Positions 39,029 through 51,100 of a DNA stretch of 64,000 nt are shown piece after piece. This DNA is from Fidelibacterota bacterium (GTDB lineage: Bacteria > Fidelibacterota > Marinisomatia > Marinisomatales > JACNKV01), in the NCBI GenBank assembly GCA_014381855.1, contig JACNKV010000084.1:22341-86340 (forward strand), given 5' to 3'. The position numbers and the translations under genes are program-made. The notes beneath the pieces were generated by a model that was not told where the DNA came from, searched no databases, and was given only the letters and a program-made list of their open reading frames with translations. Positions within the stretch are counted from its first letter, which is position 1. Each line of letters starts with the position of its first letter.

Positions 39029-39298
39029 TTATCCAATCTTTACTGACTCACGGACAATTTCACTTACCTGCCAACGTTTATTTTTACTTAATGGGCGTAC
39101 AGCAGAAATGATAACTAAATCTCCCATCTTCGGATTAACAGATCCGACATGAGCTAAATATTTCTTAAAACGCTTCACATATTTTTTATAGACGGGGTGC
39201 TTGACTTTCCGCGTGACTTTAACTGTGACCGTTTTTTCCATCTTTGTACTAACAACTTCACCAAACAATGTTTGCCTTTTTCGTACATCAGACATCAT
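39029..39298 (-). CDS. rpsQ: 30S ribosomal protein S17
   Basis: GEVVSTKMEKTVTVKVTRKVKHPVYKKYVKRFKKYLAH. Confidence 0.95.
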   Translation of the reverse strand: MMSDVRKRQTLFGEVVSTKMEKTVTVKVTRKVKHPVYKKYVKRFKKYLAHVGSVNPKMGDLVIISAVRPLSKNKRWQVSEIVRESVKIG

Positions 39299-39300
39299 AA

Positions 39301-39516
39301 TTACTCTCCATCCTTTTGAGGGCGAATACCCAAATCCATTTCATGCAACACTGTCTTGATCTGAGCAATTTCACGGCGTAAAATGTTAATTTGCTTTGGA
39401 TCTTCGATTTGCTGTAATGCTTTCTGAAAACGGAGGTTTTGCATGGCATCAAGATTGTCTTGAAGCCTAGACTCCAATTCAATTTTATTTATTTCATTTA
39501 ACTGACTGCGTTTCAT
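39301..39516 (-). CDS. rpmC: 50S ribosomal protein L29
   Basis: 71 aa, helical, between rplP and rpsQ, with ELESRLQDNLDAMQNLRFQKA. Confidence 0.9.
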   Translation of the reverse strand: MKRSQLNEINKIELESRLQDNLDAMQNLRFQKALQQIEDPKQINILRREIAQIKTVLHEMDLGIRPQKDGE

Positions 39517-39521
39517 ACTTC

Positions 39522-39935
39522 CTAAAATTCCCTCCGTCCCACAAGTTTTGTTTTTATGGGCAGTTTATGACCGGCATTCCGAAATGCTAATTCAGCTTCT
39601 TCAAACGACACACCTTCAATTTCAAATAATATTCTACCGGGTTTAACGTTTGCAACCCAATATTCCGGTGCACCTTTTCCTTTACCCATTCGTGTTTCTG
39701 CTGGTTTCGCTGTAATAGGCTTGTCAGGAAAAATACGAATCCACATTTTTCCAACTTTCCTAACAATACGTGAAATGGTTACACGTGATGATTCAATTTG
39801 TCTTGCAGAAATCCATCCGGGTTCTAATGCTTTAAGTCCATAGCTTCCAAAAGCCACATAATCACCTCGTTTAGCCATCCCACGTCGATGTCCCCGATGA
39901 TGTCTTCGATATTTACTTTTTTTAGGTTCTAACAT
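39522..39935 (-). CDS. rplP: 50S ribosomal protein L16
   Basis: [15 protein letters not shown] and [14 protein letters not shown]. Confidence 0.96.
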   Translation of the reverse strand: MLEPKKSKYRRHHRGHRRGMAKRGDYVAFGSYGLKALEPGWISARQIESSRVTISRIVRKVGKMWIRIFPDKPITAKPAETRMGKGKGAPEYWVANVKPGRILFEIEGVSFEEAELAFRNAGHKLPIKTKLVGRREF

Positions 39936-39937
39936 AA

Positions 39938-40570
39938 TTACTTACCACGCACTTCCCCATTACAAATCCAAACCTTTATTCCAATGACACCATACGTTGT
40001 ACGCGCTTCGGTGAGGGCGTAGTCAATATCTGATCTCAATGTATGAAGCGGTACACTTCCGTCCATAAATTTTTCACTACGTGCAATCTCGGCTCCACCA
40101 AGTCTTCCGGCAACATTGATTCTAATTCCTTGCGCCCCCATTCTCATAGTAGACTGCATGGTTTTGTTCACGACTCGCCGGTAGGATATTTTCTTCATCA
40201 ATTGATGTGCAATATTCGACCCGACTAAAGCTGCATCCAATTCAGGACGTTTCACCTCTGAAATATTGATTTGAACTTCTTTTTTAGTTAATTGTTTAAC
40301 TTCTTTTCTAAGCCGCTTAACCTCTTCGCCACCTTTTCCAATTACAATCCCTGGTCTTGCCGTGTGAATTGTTATAGTTACCACTTTAGATGTGCGTCTG
40401 ATTTCCACTTTTGACACACCGGCATTAGGAAGTCGCTGCTTTAAATATTTTCTGATTTGAACATCTTCTGCAAGTTCATCTTTAAAATTCTTTTTCGATG
40501 CAAACCAATTGGATCTCCATTCTTTATTTACGGTTAGTCTAAACCCGATTGGATGTGTTTTTTGACCCAA
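39938..40570 (-). CDS. rpsC: 30S ribosomal protein S3
   Basis: [14 protein letters not shown] domain [11 protein letters not shown], and [10 protein letters not shown]. Confidence 0.96.
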   Translation of the reverse strand: MGQKTHPIGFRLTVNKEWRSNWFASKKNFKDELAEDVQIRKYLKQRLPNAGVSKVEIRRTSKVVTITIHTARPGIVIGKGGEEVKRLRKEVKQLTKKEVQINISEVKRPELDAALVGSNIAHQLMKKISYRRVVNKTMQSTMRMGAQGIRINVAGRLGGAEIARSEKFMDGSVPLHTLRSDIDYALTEARTTYGVIGIKVWICNGEVRGK

Positions 40571-40579
40571 ACGATCCTC

Positions 40580-40927
40580 CTACGCTTTTGTGTCCGTGAG
40601 GACAATGGTTAAATGACTTGATGGTTTGCGTATTTTTGAAGCACGCCCCATTGCAGATGCACGGAATCTTTTTAACACCGGTCCTCCATTAACATACGCC
40701 TCTTTAATGTCTAACATTTCAGGATTGATATTACTATCTTCTGTATTGTTCATATAATTTGCAACAGCAGAATGTAGCGTTTTCTCAATAATTGTAGCGG
40801 CTTTTTCCTGTGAAAAATGTAAAACATTGAGAGCAATACCCACTTTCATACCTCGAATCGAATCTAATGTCTTCCGTATTTTTCTGGGAGACTGTCTAAC
40901 ATGTTTTAATTGTGCTAATGCTTCCAT
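40580..40927 (-). CDS. rplV: 50S ribosomal protein L22
   Basis: 115 aa with RQSPRKIRKTLDSIRG and GPVLKRFRASAMGRASKIRKPSSHLT. Confidence 0.95.
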   Translation of the reverse strand: MEALAQLKHVRQSPRKIRKTLDSIRGMKVGIALNVLHFSQEKAATIIEKTLHSAVANYMNNTEDSNINPEMLDIKEAYVNGGPVLKRFRASAMGRASKIRKPSSHLTIVLTDTKA

Positions 40928-41196
40928 TATTTTTTCCTATCACCCGAGTGCATTCTAAATGTTCTTGTTGGAGCAAATTCTCCAAGTTTATGCCCGACCA
41001 TATTCTCATAAATAAACACCGGAATGAATTTATGTCCGTTATGGATGGCCAGTGTGTGCCCAACAAATTCAGGGGTAATCATTGACCGGCGCGACCAAGT
41101 TTTAATGACTCGTTTTTTACCGCTGTCATTCATGACATCGATTTTCTTTAAAAGTTTAAGATCCACATGGGGGCCTTTTTTTAGTGACCGTGCCAT
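40927..41196 (-). CDS. rpsS: 30S ribosomal protein S19
   Basis: [12 protein letters not shown] and [12 protein letters not shown] prefer ATG 41196 (1 nt after the rplB stop) over the track start at 41217. Confidence 0.95.
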   Translation of the reverse strand: MARSLKKGPHVDLKLLKKIDVMNDSGKKRVIKTWSRRSMITPEFVGHTLAIHNGHKFIPVFIYENMVGHKLGEFAPTRTFRMHSGDRKK

Positions 41197-41197
41197 C

Positions 41198-42022
41198 CTA
41201 TTTTCTCCTCTTGACAATCATTTCATTGGATTTCTTATTCCGTTTTCGTGTCTTGTAGCCCTTTGTTGGTTTACCCCATGGCGTAGTGGGATGGCGTCCA
41301 CCGGAAGATTTTCCTTCACCACCGCCCATCGGATGGTCAACCGGGTTCATCGCAACACCCCTGACCTTAGGACGACGGCCCAACCAGCGAGAGCGTCCGG
41401 CTTTCCCTGAGACGACTTGCTCATTCGTACGATTACCAACTTGTCCTATAGTTGCACGGCATACACTTGAGACCATTCTGACCTCACCTGACGGTAATTT
41501 TAACGTCGTGAATCCCTCGGCATGTGCCATCAACTGGGCAGCAGTGCCAGCACTTCGAACCATTTGACCACCTCTCCCGGGAATTAGTTCAATGTTATGA
41601 ACAAAAAGACCCGTAGGGATTTTATCTAGTGGCAGGGAATTGCCTATCTTCAGTGGAGCTGTTTCTCCTGAGATAACAGCATCTCCAACTTTTAGTCCGA
41701 ACGGTGCAAGGATGTAACGTTTTTCTCCATCGGCGTAATGTATGAGAGCTATATATGCAGAACGATTAGGATCATATTCAATCGTTGCAACCTTTCCGGG
41801 AATGTCAAACTTATTACGTTTAAAATCGATAATGCGATAACGACGACGATGTCCACCTCCACGGTGGCGACTTGTAATACGGCCTTTGTTGTTTCGTCCA
41901 CCGGACTTACGTAGAGCTGTCGTTAATTTTTTCTCCGGAGTATCGGTTGTAATATCGGCAAAGTCCGGTCGCGTTGCGAATCGGCTACCCGGCGTAACTG
42001 GTTTTAATGTTCGAATACCCAT
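41198..42022 (-). CDS. rplB: 50S ribosomal protein L2
   Basis: 274 aa with [17 protein letters not shown] and [12 protein letters not shown]. Confidence 0.97.
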   Translation of the reverse strand: MGIRTLKPVTPGSRFATRPDFADITTDTPEKKLTTALRKSGGRNNKGRITSRHRGGGHRRRYRIIDFKRNKFDIPGKVATIEYDPNRSAYIALIHYADGEKRYILAPFGLKVGDAVISGETAPLKIGNSLPLDKIPTGLFVHNIELIPGRGGQMVRSAGTAAQLMAHAEGFTTLKLPSGEVRMVSSVCRATIGQVGNRTNEQVVSGKAGRSRWLGRRPKVRGVAMNPVDHPMGGGEGKSSGGRHPTTPWGKPTKGYKTRKRNKKSNEMIVKRRK

Positions 42023-42030
42023 AATAATCC

Positions 42031-42348
42031 CTAAACTTCACCTTTTAATAAATCGATGGTATACCCTTCCTTAAGAGTAATAATTGCCCGCTTCCAATTT
42101 GAACGCTTTCCTTGTGTTCGGATGGTTCTTCCACCGCTTCGAACCGTCATAACTTTGGACTTTCCTTTGCGATTCATAGTAGCAACTTTTTCTACTTTAA
42201 CATCAAATTTTTCTTGAACAGCTTTTTTTATTTCTATTTTATTTGCATCTGTCATCACTTGAAATGCATACTTCCGCTGTGTTTCCTCAAGGATACTCAT
42301 CTTTTCCGTAAAAATCGGTCGGATGATAATATTTCTGTAATCAACCAT
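42031..42348 (-). CDS. rplW: 50S ribosomal protein L23
   Basis: 105 aa, between rplD and rplB, with [26 protein letters not shown]. Confidence 0.93.
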   Translation of the reverse strand: MVDYRNIIIRPIFTEKMSILEETQRKYAFQVMTDANKIEIKKAVQEKFDVKVEKVATMNRKGKSKVMTVRSGGRTIRTQGKRSNWKRAIITLKEGYTIDLLKGEV

Positions 42349-42350
42349 AA

Positions 42351-42983
42351 TTAATTTTTCGCTGTTAACTGTTCGCTTAACATTGCTAATCCCGCTTTAT
42401 CAAAGACCAATACATCATTATTCAACAACTCATATGCGCTGGCATGATCTGCTTTTATAACGGACACATTTTTCAAATTTCTGACCGAGAGAAAAAGTGA
42501 ATCACCAACAACTGCAGGTAAGAGTGTTACTTTTTTTCCCTCTAATTCAAGATGTTGAATCATTTCATAAATCGCCTTTGTTTTCGGCGCATCTATTTTT
42601 AATTCATCCAACACAAATATTGTACCCGAAGCTGCTTTGTCAGAAAGAACACTTTTCCTTGCAAGCTGTTTCATTTTTCTTGGAATTGCACGAATATGTT
42701 TGTGTGGGTGCGGTCCAAAAACAACACCTCCGCCCGTCCATAATGGAGAGCGTATCGTTCCTACACGCGCTGCACCTCGCCCTTTTTGTTTCCAAGGTTT
42801 TCTTCCGCCACCTTTAACCATACCCCTGCTTTTTGCAGCATGGGTACCTTGGCGGCGATTGGAAAGCTCTGAGGTAATAGCTTGATGCACAGCTGCTTCA
42901 TTTGGTTCAATTCCAAATACTGTTTCATCTACTGACATTGCGGTTCCTTTAGAACCATCCATCTTTAGTACGTTTAATTTCAT
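42351..42983 (-). CDS. rplD: 50S ribosomal protein L4
   Basis: GGGRKPWKQKGRGAARVGTIRSPLWTGGGVVFGP. Confidence 0.96.
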   Translation of the reverse strand: MKLNVLKMDGSKGTAMSVDETVFGIEPNEAAVHQAITSELSNRRQGTHAAKSRGMVKGGGRKPWKQKGRGAARVGTIRSPLWTGGGVVFGPHPHKHIRAIPRKMKQLARKSVLSDKAASGTIFVLDELKIDAPKTKAIYEMIQHLELEGKKVTLLPAVVGDSLFLSVRNLKNVSVIKADHASAYELLNNDVLVFDKAGLAMLSEQLTAKN

Positions 42984-42985
42984 AA

Positions 42986-43603
42986 TTATTTTGAAATGTA
43001 AATTATTCCGTTATTTGCTCCGGGAACAGCTCCCTTAATAAATATCTGGTTTTTTTCTGGTACAATCTTAACCACTTCCAGATTTTGAACTGTCACACGG
43101 GAATTTCCATAATGTCCTGCCATCTTCATCCCTTTAAATACCCTTGATGGAGAAGATGCTTGTCCAATAGACCCGGGATGACGCAAGGTGTGTTTTTGTC
43201 CATGGGTAATAGGAGGACGATGGAAATTATGGCGTTTAATCACACCTGCAAACCCCTTACCTTTCGACTTCCCCAAGACATTAACTTTGTCGCCCTCATT
43301 GAAGAGAGATACAGTGAACTTTTGACCAGTTTTGTACTCAAAACCAGGGACAATCTCAAACTCAGCAAGAGTCTTTTGCAAGTCTACGCCTGCTTTTTTG
43401 TAATGACCTTCCATAGGCTTTGTTACATGCTTTTTCTTGCGAGATTCATAACCAACCTGCACAGCATCATATCCGTCGTGAGCTTCTGTTTTCACCTGCG
43501 TGACCACACATGGTCCGGCTTCCACAATTGTAACCGGAGCTATTTTACCCGAGTCCAGATAAATCTGTGTCATTCCAATTTTTTTTCCAATCATTCCACG
43601 CAT
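42986..43603 (-). CDS. rplC: 50S ribosomal protein L3
   Basis: GMIGKKIGMTQIY and GKGFAGVIKRHNF. Confidence 0.96.
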   Translation of the reverse strand: MRGMIGKKIGMTQIYLDSGKIAPVTIVEAGPCVVTQVKTEAHDGYDAVQVGYESRKKKHVTKPMEGHYKKAGVDLQKTLAEFEIVPGFEYKTGQKFTVSLFNEGDKVNVLGKSKGKGFAGVIKRHNFHRPPITHGQKHTLRHPGSIGQASSPSRVFKGMKMAGHYGNSRVTVQNLEVVKIVPEKNQIFIKGAVPGANNGIIYISK

Positions 43604-43605
43604 GA

Positions 43606-43914
43606 CTACACCTTAATCTCAATATCTACACCGGCAGGCAGATCTAACTTCATGAGTGATTCTACCGTTTTCGGAGTAGAATTCAGAATATCAATCAACC
43701 GTTTGTGAATTTTAGTCTGAAATTGTTCTCTTGACTTTTTATCAACATGTGGAGATCTCAAAACAGTATAAATTGTCCGTTTTGTCGGTAAAGGTATTGG
43801 TCCTGAGATAATAGCTCCCGTAGACTTGGCTGTTCTTACGATTTTCTCTGTTGACTTATCTAAAAGCGTATGGTCATACGCTTTTAAACTAATTCTAATT
43901 GTTTGTTTCGCCAC
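43606..43914 (-). CDS. rpsJ: 30S ribosomal protein S10
   Basis: [14 protein letters not shown] and [14 protein letters not shown]. The GTG start is 11 nt after the tuf stop. Confidence 0.96.
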   Translation of the reverse strand: MAKQTIRISLKAYDHTLLDKSTEKIVRTAKSTGAIISGPIPLPTKRTIYTVLRSPHVDKKSREQFQTKIHKRLIDILNSTPKTVESLMKLDLPAGVDIEIKV

Positions 43915-45130
43915 GAAACACGTCCTTACTCAATGATTTCAGTCACAACACCGGCACCCACTGTGTGGCCACCTTCACGAATCGCAAACCGAAGTTCCTT
44001 ATCCATCGCTATCTGTGTGATCAATTCAATTTCTAATTCCACGCTGTCCCCCGGCATCACCATCTCTGTCCCAGCAGGAAGTGTGGCAACACCCGTCACA
44101 TCTGTCGTCCGAAAATAAAACTGAGGACGATATCCGTTGAAAAACGGCGTATGACGTCCGCCTTCATCCTTCTTCAACACATACACACTTGCTTTAAACT
44201 TTGTGTGTGGTGTAATACTGCCCGGCTTTGCTAATACCATCCCGCGATTTAATTCATTCTTATCTACTCCGCGAAGAAGTAATCCTGCATTGTCGCCTGC
44301 CTGACCCTCATCCAACAGCTTACGGAACATCTCTACTCCTGTACATACTGTCTTCTTTTGAAGACCCATACCTAAAATCTCAACCTCATCTCCTACCTTG
44401 ATGATCCCACGCTCAATACGACCTGTACCAACCGTACCACGACCCGTAATACTGAATACATCCTCTACCGGCATTAAGAAAGGTCTGTCTACATCACGCT
44501 CAGGCTCAGGAATGAAACTGTCACAAGCTTCTAATATCTCTACAATACACTTCGTCGCTTCTGCATCGGACGGATTGTTTAATGCTTCTAACGCGCTTCC
44601 CATTATAATCGGAGTATCATCTCCGGGAAATTCATATTCATTTAACAAATCACGCAACTCCATCTCTACCAACTCTAATAGCTCCGGATCATCTACTTGA
44701 TCTGTCTTGTTCATAAACACAACAATCGAAGGAACATTCACCTGACGAGCTAATAATACATGCTCACGTGTCTGGGGCATGGGACCATCTGCTGCACTCA
44801 CAACCAAAATCGCTCCGTCCATCTGGGCGGCGCCTGTGATCATGTTCTTAATATAGTCTGCGTGTCCCGGACAATCTACATGGGCATAATGACGGTTCTC
44901 CGTCTCATACTCTACGTGAGCTGTCTGAATCGTAATCCCACGCTCACGCTCCTCCGGAGCATTGTCAATATCATCAAATCCCATTACCTCTGATAATCCA
45001 CGAGCTGATTGTACTAACGTGATCGCGGCAGTTAACGTCGTCTTTCCATGATCAACGTGACCAATCGTTCCGATGTTTACATGCGGCTTTGTTCTCTCAA
45101 ATTTTTGCTTTGCCATGAGAACCTCCTATT
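43910..45130. repeat. 1,221-bp repeat copy A (tuf plus both short flanks), apparently identical to 59337..60557
   Basis: Constant offset of 15,427 nt. Identity breaks at 43909/59336 and 45131/60558. Both EF-Tu proteins and the opposite-strand shadow ORFs are identical, and spot-checked lines match base for base. Confidence 0.9.
43926..45116 (-). CDS. tuf: elongation factor Tu (str-operon copy)
   Basis: 396 aa with [15 protein letters not shown] and NKTD. Follows fusA. Confidence 0.98.
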   Translation of the reverse strand: MAKQKFERTKPHVNIGTIGHVDHGKTTLTAAITLVQSARGLSEVMGFDDIDNAPEERERGITIQTAHVEYETENRHYAHVDCPGHADYIKNMITGAAQMDGAILVVSAADGPMPQTREHVLLARQVNVPSIVVFMNKTDQVDDPELLELVEMELRDLLNEYEFPGDDTPIIMGSALEALNNPSDAEATKCIVEILEACDSFIPEPERDVDRPFLMPVEDVFSITGRGTVGTGRIERGIIKVGDEVEILGMGLQKKTVCTGVEMFRKLLDEGQAGDNAGLLLRGVDKNELNRGMVLAKPGSITPHTKFKASVYVLKKDEGGRHTPFFNGYRPQFYFRTTDVTGVATLPAGTEMVMPGDSVELEIELITQIAMDKELRFAIREGGHTVGAGVVTEIIE

Positions 45131-45136
45131 GTTTCT

Positions 45137-47233
45137 TTAATTAGATAATTTTTTACCATAAATACGTTCAACAATCTCTTCCTGTACTTTTGCAGGAACT
45201 TGTTGATGATATGCAAACTCCATGTGAAAGGCTGCTCTTCCCTGCGTAATAGAACGTAAGTCTGTTGCATAACCAAACATTTTGCTCAAAGGAACATTGG
45301 CCCGGACAACTTGTGCTTCTTTCCTTCTGCCCATTCCATCAACCTTACCACGCCGTGAACTAATATCACCCATCACATCTCCGAGATATTCTTCCGGTGT
45401 AACAACTTCAATATTCATAATTGGTTCATTCAACACAGGAGCAGACAGCTTACACGCTTTTTTTATCGCCATCGAACCGGCGATTTTAAACGCAATTTCC
45501 GACGAGTCGACTTCGTGATATGAGCCAAAAATAAGTTCGACCCTCACATCTTCAATTGGATAACCTGCGATGATTCCATTTTTCAACGCTTCTTGCATTC
45601 CTTTGTCAACAGCCGGTATATATTCCCGTGGAATCACTCCTCCAACAATTTTGTTTTCAAAGTGATAGCCCTTCCCCGGCTCATTCGGTTCAACATTAAT
45701 CACAACGTGACCATATTGCCCTCGCCCACCGGATTGTCGTACAAATTTCACATCAACGTCCTGAGCTGATTTTGTAATTGCCTCCGTATAAGCAACCTGA
45801 GGCTTTCCTACATTTGCACTAACTTTAAATTCTCTTAATAACCTATCTACTAATATCTCAAGGTGTAATTCACCCATCCCTGCAATAATAGTCTGCCCAG
45901 TATCTTGATTTGTAGAAATAATGAACGTAGGATCCTCTTCGCTGAGCTTAACTAATCCTTTAGACAATGCATCCTGATCAGCTTTACTGACCGGCTCGAC
46001 GGCAACTTCAACTACCGGCTCCGGAAAATCCATCGATTCAAGCATAATCAGATGTTTTTCATCACATAACGTGTGCCCGGTATTTGTTTTTTTCAAGCCA
46101 ACTGCAGCAACGATTTCACCGGCACCTACTTTTTCACGTTCTTCACGTTTATTCGCGTGCATCAACAAAATACGACTTATTCGCTCTCGTTTTCCTGTAT
46201 TTGGATTAAAAACATAAGAGCCTTTTGTCAATGTGCCGGAATACACTCTGATGTATGTCAAACGACCGACGTAAGGATCCGTCATAATCTTAAAGGCAAG
46301 AGCACTAAAATGTGCATTTTCACCCGGTTCACGAGATAACTCTAAATCTGAATTATCCGGATCAAAGCCCTTCACAGCACCAACATCTTCTGGTGAAGGT
46401 AAAAAATCAACCACAGCGTCCAGTAAACGTTGTACACCTTTATTCTTAAAAGCAGACCCACAGAAAGTGGGTACAAATGTATTATCCAAACAACCTTTTC
46501 GAATTGCGGCTTTTAACTCATCAACTGAAATTTCATCTCCATCGACATATTTTTCCATTAAATTATCACAATATGTCGCTGATTCTTCGATTAAATGGAG
46601 ACGCCATTTTTGTGCTTCTTCCAACATATCTGTTGGAATATCAGCATACTCAAATCTCGCACCCAATGAAGATTCGTTATACAAAATCGCTCTCATAGAA
46701 AGGAGGTCAACAATCCCGTTAAATAATTCACCATCTCCAATTGGAATGGTCAGTGGCAACGGATTTGCTCCCAACCGTTCTTTCATCATATCGACGGCGT
46801 GGTAAAAATCAGCGCCTGTTCTGTCCATTTTATTGACGAAAGCAATTCGCGGGACATTATACTTATCTGCTTGGCGCCATACCGTTTCGCTTTGAGGCTC
46901 GACACCGCCCACGGCACAAAATACGGCTATTGCACCATCCAAAACACGAAGCGATCTCTCCACCTCAACAGTAAAATCAACGTGGCCCGGAGTATCAATG
47001 ATATTAATTCGATTATTATCCCAAATAGCTGTTGTCGCTGCAGAAGTAATGGTAATACCACGTTCTTTCTCTTGCTCCATCCAGTCCATAATGGCACCGC
47101 CTTCATGAACTTCCCCTATTTTATGCGACCGTCCGGTATAATATAAAACCCGCTCAGTCAGAGTGGTTTTCCCGGCATCAATATGTGCCATTATACCGAT
47201 ATTACGGACGTGTGAAAGAGGGATGGGTTTCAT
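45137..47233 (-). CDS. fusA: elongation factor G
   Basis: 698 aa with [23 protein letters not shown] and NKMD. Confidence 0.97.
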   Translation of the reverse strand: MKPIPLSHVRNIGIMAHIDAGKTTLTERVLYYTGRSHKIGEVHEGGAIMDWMEQEKERGITITSAATTAIWDNNRINIIDTPGHVDFTVEVERSLRVLDGAIAVFCAVGGVEPQSETVWRQADKYNVPRIAFVNKMDRTGADFYHAVDMMKERLGANPLPLTIPIGDGELFNGIVDLLSMRAILYNESSLGARFEYADIPTDMLEEAQKWRLHLIEESATYCDNLMEKYVDGDEISVDELKAAIRKGCLDNTFVPTFCGSAFKNKGVQRLLDAVVDFLPSPEDVGAVKGFDPDNSDLELSREPGENAHFSALAFKIMTDPYVGRLTYIRVYSGTLTKGSYVFNPNTGKRERISRILLMHANKREEREKVGAGEIVAAVGLKKTNTGHTLCDEKHLIMLESMDFPEPVVEVAVEPVSKADQDALSKGLVKLSEEDPTFIISTNQDTGQTIIAGMGELHLEILVDRLLREFKVSANVGKPQVAYTEAITKSAQDVDVKFVRQSGGRGQYGHVVINVEPNEPGKGYHFENKIVGGVIPREYIPAVDKGMQEALKNGIIAGYPIEDVRVELIFGSYHEVDSSEIAFKIAGSMAIKKACKLSAPVLNEPIMNIEVVTPEEYLGDVMGDISSRRGKVDGMGRRKEAQVVRANVPLSKMFGYATDLRSITQGRAAFHMEFAYHQQVPAKVQEEIVERIYGKKLSN

Positions 47234-47706
47234 CGGCGTGGCCTTCCGAAATGTGCGAAAGCCTTATTGGCTTCTGCCATCCGGTGTGTATCATCTTTTT
47301 TCTTAATGGCGCCGCCTTCATTGTTGGCAGCAGAGATTAGTTCAACTGCGAGACGATCAGACATTGGCTTACCGCTTCTGTTTTTTGCAGCATTAATTAA
47401 CCAATGAGATGCTAAATAATACTGACGATGCTGAGGAACCTCAATCGGTACTTGATAGGTTGCACCTCCAATTCGGCGTGACTTAACTTCGAGCATGGGA
47501 GTTGAATTCTTTATAGCTTCGTCAAAGATTTTAAATCCATCAGACTTTGTCTTTTTCTTTATAATTGCCATCGCATCATAAAATATTTTTTCTGCAACGC
47601 CTTTTTTTCCCCGTTCCATCAAATAATTGATAAACTTTGCTACTGCAAGATCCTTATACACCGGATCCGGTAATATTTGTCGTCGTTCTGGTCTTCTTCT
47701 TCTCAT
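47230..47706 (-). CDS. rpsG: 30S ribosomal protein S7
   Basis: 158 aa with ILPDPVYKD and [14 protein letters not shown]. Confidence 0.96.
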   Translation of the reverse strand: MRRRRPERRQILPDPVYKDLAVAKFINYLMERGKKGVAEKIFYDAMAIIKKKTKSDGFKIFDEAIKNSTPMLEVKSRRIGGATYQVPIEVPQHRQYYLASHWLINAAKNRSGKPMSDRLAVELISAANNEGGAIKKKDDTHRMAEANKAFAHFGRPRR

Positions 47707-47708
47707 AA

Positions 47709-48086
47709 TTATCTGGCTTTTGGTCGTTTAGCTCCGTATCTGGAGCGACTGGTTTTTCGGTCGGAGACACCCGCTGTATCCAAAGCACCTCGTACAATAT
47801 GGTATCGCACACCTGACAAATCTTTGACACGACCACCCTCAATCAGCACAATAGAGTGCTCTTGGAGATTATGTCCTTCTCCCGGAATATAGGCTGCAAC
47901 CTCCATTCCATTTGTCAACCGAACACGTGCTACTTTTCTCAGCGCAGAATTCGGTTTTTTAGGTGTGGTTGTATATACACGTGTGCACACACCTCTTTTT
48001 TGAGGATTACCTTTAAGAGCCGGGGTTGCGGTTTTTTTCGCAACGCGCGCTCTTCCTTTTTTAACTAATTGGTTTATCGTCGGCAT
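47709..48086 (-). CDS. rpsL: 30S ribosomal protein S12
   Basis: [12 protein letters not shown] and [19 protein letters not shown]. Confidence 0.97.
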   Translation of the reverse strand: MPTINQLVKKGRARVAKKTATPALKGNPQKRGVCTRVYTTTPKKPNSALRKVARVRLTNGMEVAAYIPGEGHNLQEHSIVLIEGGRVKDLSGVRYHIVRGALDTAGVSDRKTSRSRYGAKRPKAR

Positions 48087-48101
48087 AGTAGTTTTTAATT
48101 T

Positions 48102-48139
48102 AGCCTATAAATTTATTAACTATTAAGAAATACAGTCAA
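48102..48139 (-). promoter_or_regulatory. sigma70-like promoter upstream of rpsL
   Basis: Minus strand reads TTGACT (48139-48134), an 18-nt spacer, TAAATT (48115-48110), then TATAGGCT. This is the only sizeable gap (83 nt) between rpoC and rpsL. It is near-identical to the element at 61082-61119. Confidence 0.55.
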
Positions 48140-48169
48140 TCATTATTTGACATATTTTTAACATATAGC

Positions 48170-51100
48170 TTAAGCCTGTGTAGCCTCAGGCTCTATGATT
48201 AGATCGCTATCTTTACTTACCCGAATATCTTGAAGTCCGGGGAATCCTGTTCCGGCCGGAATCAGACGTCCGATGGTTACATTTTCTTTTAACCCGCGTA
48301 AATAATCTGTTTTGCATGCTGTGGCTGCATTCGTCAGAACCCGAGTGGTCTCTTGGAAAGAAGCCGCAGAAAGAAAACTCTCCGTATTTAAAGATGCCTG
48401 GGTAATTCCCATGATCAAAGGTTCGAATGTGGCAGGCTTGGTCTTTCTGTGTTTTGCGGGAGTTTTTTCTTCTTCTTTCAATTCGCGATTAATCTCCTGA
48501 AATTCACTCTTTTCAATCAGCAAATCGATATCCAAATCCGAATCTCCGGAATCAGAAACAACAACCATTTTTGAAATCCGCTCATTTTCTTCAAAAAAGT
48601 CTTTTCTGTCCACGCGTTCTGATTCCAAGAAGCGTGAATCACCCGAACTGGCAATCAGGATTTTTCTCATCATCTGGCGGACAATGACTTCAATATGTTT
48701 ATCATTAATGCTAACACCCTGCAAACGATAAACTTCCTGGATTTCATTCACCAGATATTCCCTGACCGCGCCCGGTCCTTGAATATTTAATATGTCCATT
48801 GGTGAAATTGCCCCTTCGCAAAGAGGAGTACCGGATGTAACAAAGTCACCCTCATGAACAATAACATGTTTTCCGTATGGAATATTATAAGAGCGGGATT
48901 TTCCATCCGATGGCTCGACAATAATCTTACGTATCCCTCGTTTTATGGAACCAAATATTACGTTCCCATTTATTTCTGAGACGACAGCCGGATTTGAGGG
49001 CATTCTGGCTTCAAATAATTCCGCGACCCTAGGCAGGCCTCCTGTAATATCTCTTGTTTTACCGATGTCTTTCTGGATTTTAACAAGTGTTTGACCGCGC
49101 TTCACATGTTGACCGTCACTTACGACGAGTGTAGCCCTGACCGGTAAGATTGTTCCGCCCGATAGCGTTTTCCCGTTATCATCGGCGATTTCAACCTGAG
49201 GACTCAAATTTCTATTTTTTGACTCGACAATGACCATTTGTTTTTTTCCGCCTTCAACAGACTCAACTTGATAGGTTTCACCTTCGATAAAATCTCGAAG
49301 ACCAACCACACCTGTTTGTCGAGTTAAGATAATATCGGTGTAAGGATCCCACTGGAATAAAATAGTTCCGGGTTTAATTTTCTCACCTTCACTGATGAAT
49401 ACATTTGATCCGTATGGGACATTATATTCTGCGCGAACCATTTCTTTCTTTTTATCGTCTAGTACAAATACTTTTGCATGACGAGACATACATCGAGTGA
49501 CTTCTGCTCCGGTTTCATCCGTCGTATCTGCAGAGTCATAATCGTCAGAGAATTTGACGACCCCACCATGTTTTGTCGTCATATCAGATTGTTCGATAAT
49601 ACGTGTAGCTGTACCACCAATATGGAAGGTTCGCAGTGTAAGCTGAGTTCCAGGTTCACCAATACTTTGCGCCGCAATAATTCCGACAGAGGAACCGATA
49701 TTTACGGAATGATTTGTTGCAAGATTCCAACCGTAACATTTTGCACACACACCATGTTTCGATTCACATGTCAGAACGGATCGAAGTCGAATACTTTGGA
49801 CACCGCTCTCTTCAATAACACTGGCATTCTCGCTACTAATCAGTGTTCCGGATTTAACTTTTACTTTTCCGTCAATAACAAAATCGTCAACCAATGATCT
49901 ACCTAAGATACGATCTGCTAATGGTTCGATAATCTCTTCTCCTTCTTTCAAATCAGAGATAACGATTCCATTAATTGTACCACAGTCTTCCTCTCCAATC
50001 ACCACATCTTGAGCAACATCAACCAGCCGACGCGTCAGATATCCAGCATCCGCTGTTTTTAATGCTGTATCGGCCAGCCCTTTTCTAGCTCCGTGAGTTG
50101 AGATAAAGTACTCCATGACTGACAGTCCTTCTTTAAAATTGGACAGAATTGGAGATTCAATAATCTCTCCTTTTCCGCCTGTCATGGATTTTTTTGGTTT
50201 TGCCATCAAACCGCGCATACCTGCTAACTGTTTAATCTGGTCCTGACTTCCTCGTGCACCGGAATCTGCCATCATGAAAACAGGATTAAAACCCGCTCTG
50301 TCTTTCTGCAGGTTATCCATCATAGATTGTGCGACTTTTCCTGTTGCATGCGTCCAAATATCAATGACTTTATTATATCGTTCACCTTCGGTGAGAATAT
50401 GACGTGTAAACTTTTCGTTGATCCCATCAACCTCTTTCGTCGCGGAAGTGATAATTTGTTCTTTATCCTTAGGAATTAAAATATCACTAATGGAGATAGA
50501 ACTGCCACTTTCTGTCGCAATTCTAAAACCGAGATCTTTTAAATCATCTAAAAATTTCACTGTTTTAAAGTTTCCAGCAACCAAATATGTCTGATTTACG
50601 ATCTTCTCAAGTCTCCTCTTGGAAATCATTTCATCAATGTAGTCCATTTCATCCGGGAGGATGTCATTTAGTAATACGCGTCCGACCGTTGTATTTTTCT
50701 GCCATTTTCCATGATATCTCACGTGAATAATTGCATGGATATCTACAGTTTTATTTTCTAAGGCAAGAGTCACTTCATTCAGCGATCCAAAGAATTTTCC
50801 TTCACCTTTAACACCCTTTTCTGCACGGGTTAAATAATAACAACCCAAGACCATATCCTGAGAAGGAATGGCAATAGGTTTACCGTTTGCCGGATGCAAA
50901 ATATTGTGACTGGAAAGCATCAAGACTCGTGCTTCCATTTGTGCGTGGACAGATAATGGAACATGTACAGCCATTTGATCTCCGTCAAAATCAGCATTAA
51001 ACGCTGCACAGACAAGCGGATGTAAGTGGATGGCTTTCCCATCAACCAACACTGGTTGAAACGCTTGAATTCCAAGACGGTGAAGCGTCGGTGCTCTATT

